NCBI GenBank assembly: GCA_001566965.1
Contig: LSNW01000036.1
Coordinates: forward strand, 1 to 52,978
Length of the DNA: 52,978 bases
DNA from: Methylothermaceae bacteria B42
GTDB lineage: Bacteria; Pseudomonadota; Gammaproteobacteria; Methylococcales; Methylothermaceae
Direction: 5' to 3'
The notes under the pieces: model-generated
The model's input: only the letters and a program-made list of their open reading frames with translations
Databases searched by the model: none
What the model was told of the DNA's origin: nothing
Shown: positions 51,922 through 52,978 of the stretch, piece by piece
Layout: every line of letters starts with the position of its first letter
How positions within the stretch are numbered: the first letter of the stretch is position 1
Translations under genes and position numbers: made by a program

Positions 51922-52978
51922 TGCGGATTGAAGATATCTTGATGACGCTGCGCATGTTCCAGGACGAGAACTGCGATGTGCGCACCGTGACGCTGGGCAT
52001 CAATCTGATGGATTGTGCTGATTCTGATATAGCAGTCACATGCCGCAAGCTTCAGAAAAAAATCCGCCGCCTTGCGGGCAATTTGGTCCAGGAAGGTACT
52101 CGGGTGGCCGAAGATTATGGCATTCCCATTGTCAATTTCCGCATTGCCATTACTCCGGTGGCGTGGTGGGCGGCGGAGCACGACGTGGATGGTGTGGCGC
52201 GGGTGGCCAGGGCGCTCGATGAAGTGGCGAAAGAAGTGGGCGTGGATTTTGTCGGCGGCTTTTCCGCGCGGGTGGAAAAGGGCGCCACCCGGTCCGATAA
52301 TGCATTGATTGCCGCCATTCCCCAGGCACTGGCATCCACCGAACGGGTCTGCGGTTCGGTCAATGTGGCTTCCACCCGGTCCGGCATCAATATGGATGCT
52401 TTGCTGGCGGTGAGCCGGTCGATTCTCGATCTGGCCAGGCGCACTGCCGATGCCGACGGGTTTGGTTGCGCCAAACTGGTGATTTTCGCCAACATGCCTG
52501 ACGACAATCCCTTCATGGCCGGCGCGGTGCACGGCGCGGGCGAGCCAGAATGCGTGATCAATGTGGGGGTAAGCGGCCCTGGCGTGGTCAAGCGGGCAGT
52601 GGAACGGCTGCGGGCCGGTTGCGGTGACCTGAATTTGGGGGATTTGGCCGAGGAGATCAAATGCACTGCCTACCGCGTCACCCGCATCGGCGAGTTGATT
52701 GGCACCGCCTTGGCGCAGCGGTTGGGGGTTCCCTTTGGCATTGTGGATTTGTCCCTGGCCCCGACGCCGCGGATTGGCGATTCAGTGGGCGAAATTTTGC
52801 AGATGATGGGGATTGAGCGCGTTGGCGCTGCCGGTTCCACCGCCGCCCTGGCTTTGTTGACCGATGCCGTCAAGAAAGGTGGCGCGTTTGCTTCTTCCTC
52901 GGTGGGTGGATTATCGGGGGCGTTTATCCCGGTGAGTGAAGACGCGGTTCTGGCGGAAGCCGCCGCCCGGGGCGATTT
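51918..52978 (+). CDS. UPF0210/DUF711 family protein, partial (runs off the 3' end of the window)
   Basis: Open frame from ATG 51918 (MMRIEDILMTLRMFQDENCDVRTVTLGINLMDCA...) to the window end without a stop; the conserved ACT-UPF0210 gene pair. Confidence 0.7.
   Translation, partial: MMRIEDILMTLRMFQDENCDVRTVTLGINLMDCADSDIAVTCRKLQKKIRRLAGNLVQEGTRVAEDYGIPIVNFRIAITPVAWWAAEHDVDGVARVARALDEVAKEVGVDFVGGFSARVEKGATRSDNALIAAIPQALASTERVCGSVNVASTRSGINMDALLAVSRSILDLARRTADADGFGCAKLVIFANMPDDNPFMAGAVHGAGEPECVINVGVSGPGVVKRAVERLRAGCGDLNLGDLAEEIKCTAYRVTRIGELIGTALAQRLGVPFGIVDLSLAPTPRIGDSVGEILQMMGIERVGAAGSTAALALLTDAVKKGGAFASSSVGGLSGAFIPVSEDAVLAEAAARGD

Noticed and set aside
51834-52873. Minus-strand ORFs of 232, 183 and 67 aa at the window end
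   Set aside because: They are antisense to the open UPF0210 reading frame, and their Arg/Pro/Ala-rich composition is characteristic of GC-rich antisense frames.

Overview
The window looks like a 53-kb chromosomal segment from a gammaproteobacterium-like genome, with overall GC in the mid-50s %. This is judged from gene order only, and no organism is claimed.

The backbone is conserved housekeeping syntenies:
- zupT, a tandem-receiver response regulator and a MacB-like ABC pair
- dacA, a class-IV aminotransferase, ybeD, lipB and lipA
- atpIBEFHAGDC followed by glmU and glmS
- a yciB/yciI/bolA/PPIase block
- a GGDEF gene, ligA, zipA and smc (minus strand)
- queF and nrdJ

Four kinds of accessory insertion interrupt this backbone:
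1. A low-GC islet carrying an SDR dehydrogenase and a LysR regulator (9.3-11.0 kb), next to a RAYT/IS200-like transposase relic.
2. A 1084-aa P-loop NTPase-TPR-BTAD regulator, divergent from a PEP-CTERM protein gene. The pair is bracketed by two degenerate Y1 (HUH) transposase genes and sits directly upstream of the atp promoter.
3. Two REP/REPIN-like palindromic elements sharing an 18-bp core.
4. A 6.8-kb cassette bounded by imperfect 54-bp direct repeats that copy the 3' end of nrdJ. This is the most interesting feature. The cassette carries rtcR (CARF-sigma54 activator) divergent from a sigma54-promoted rtcB. rtcB is followed, apparently in the same transcription unit, by a non-canonical tRNA gene that abuts a tRNA 3'-fragment, and then by a soluble SPFH/band-7 protein. 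There is no rtcA.

Several genes carry frameshifts sited in homopolymer runs (the M48 peptidase twice, a secreted protein, the transposases). These may be assembly errors rather than real pseudogenes.

No CRISPR array, rRNA, or obvious toxin-antitoxin or restriction system was seen.
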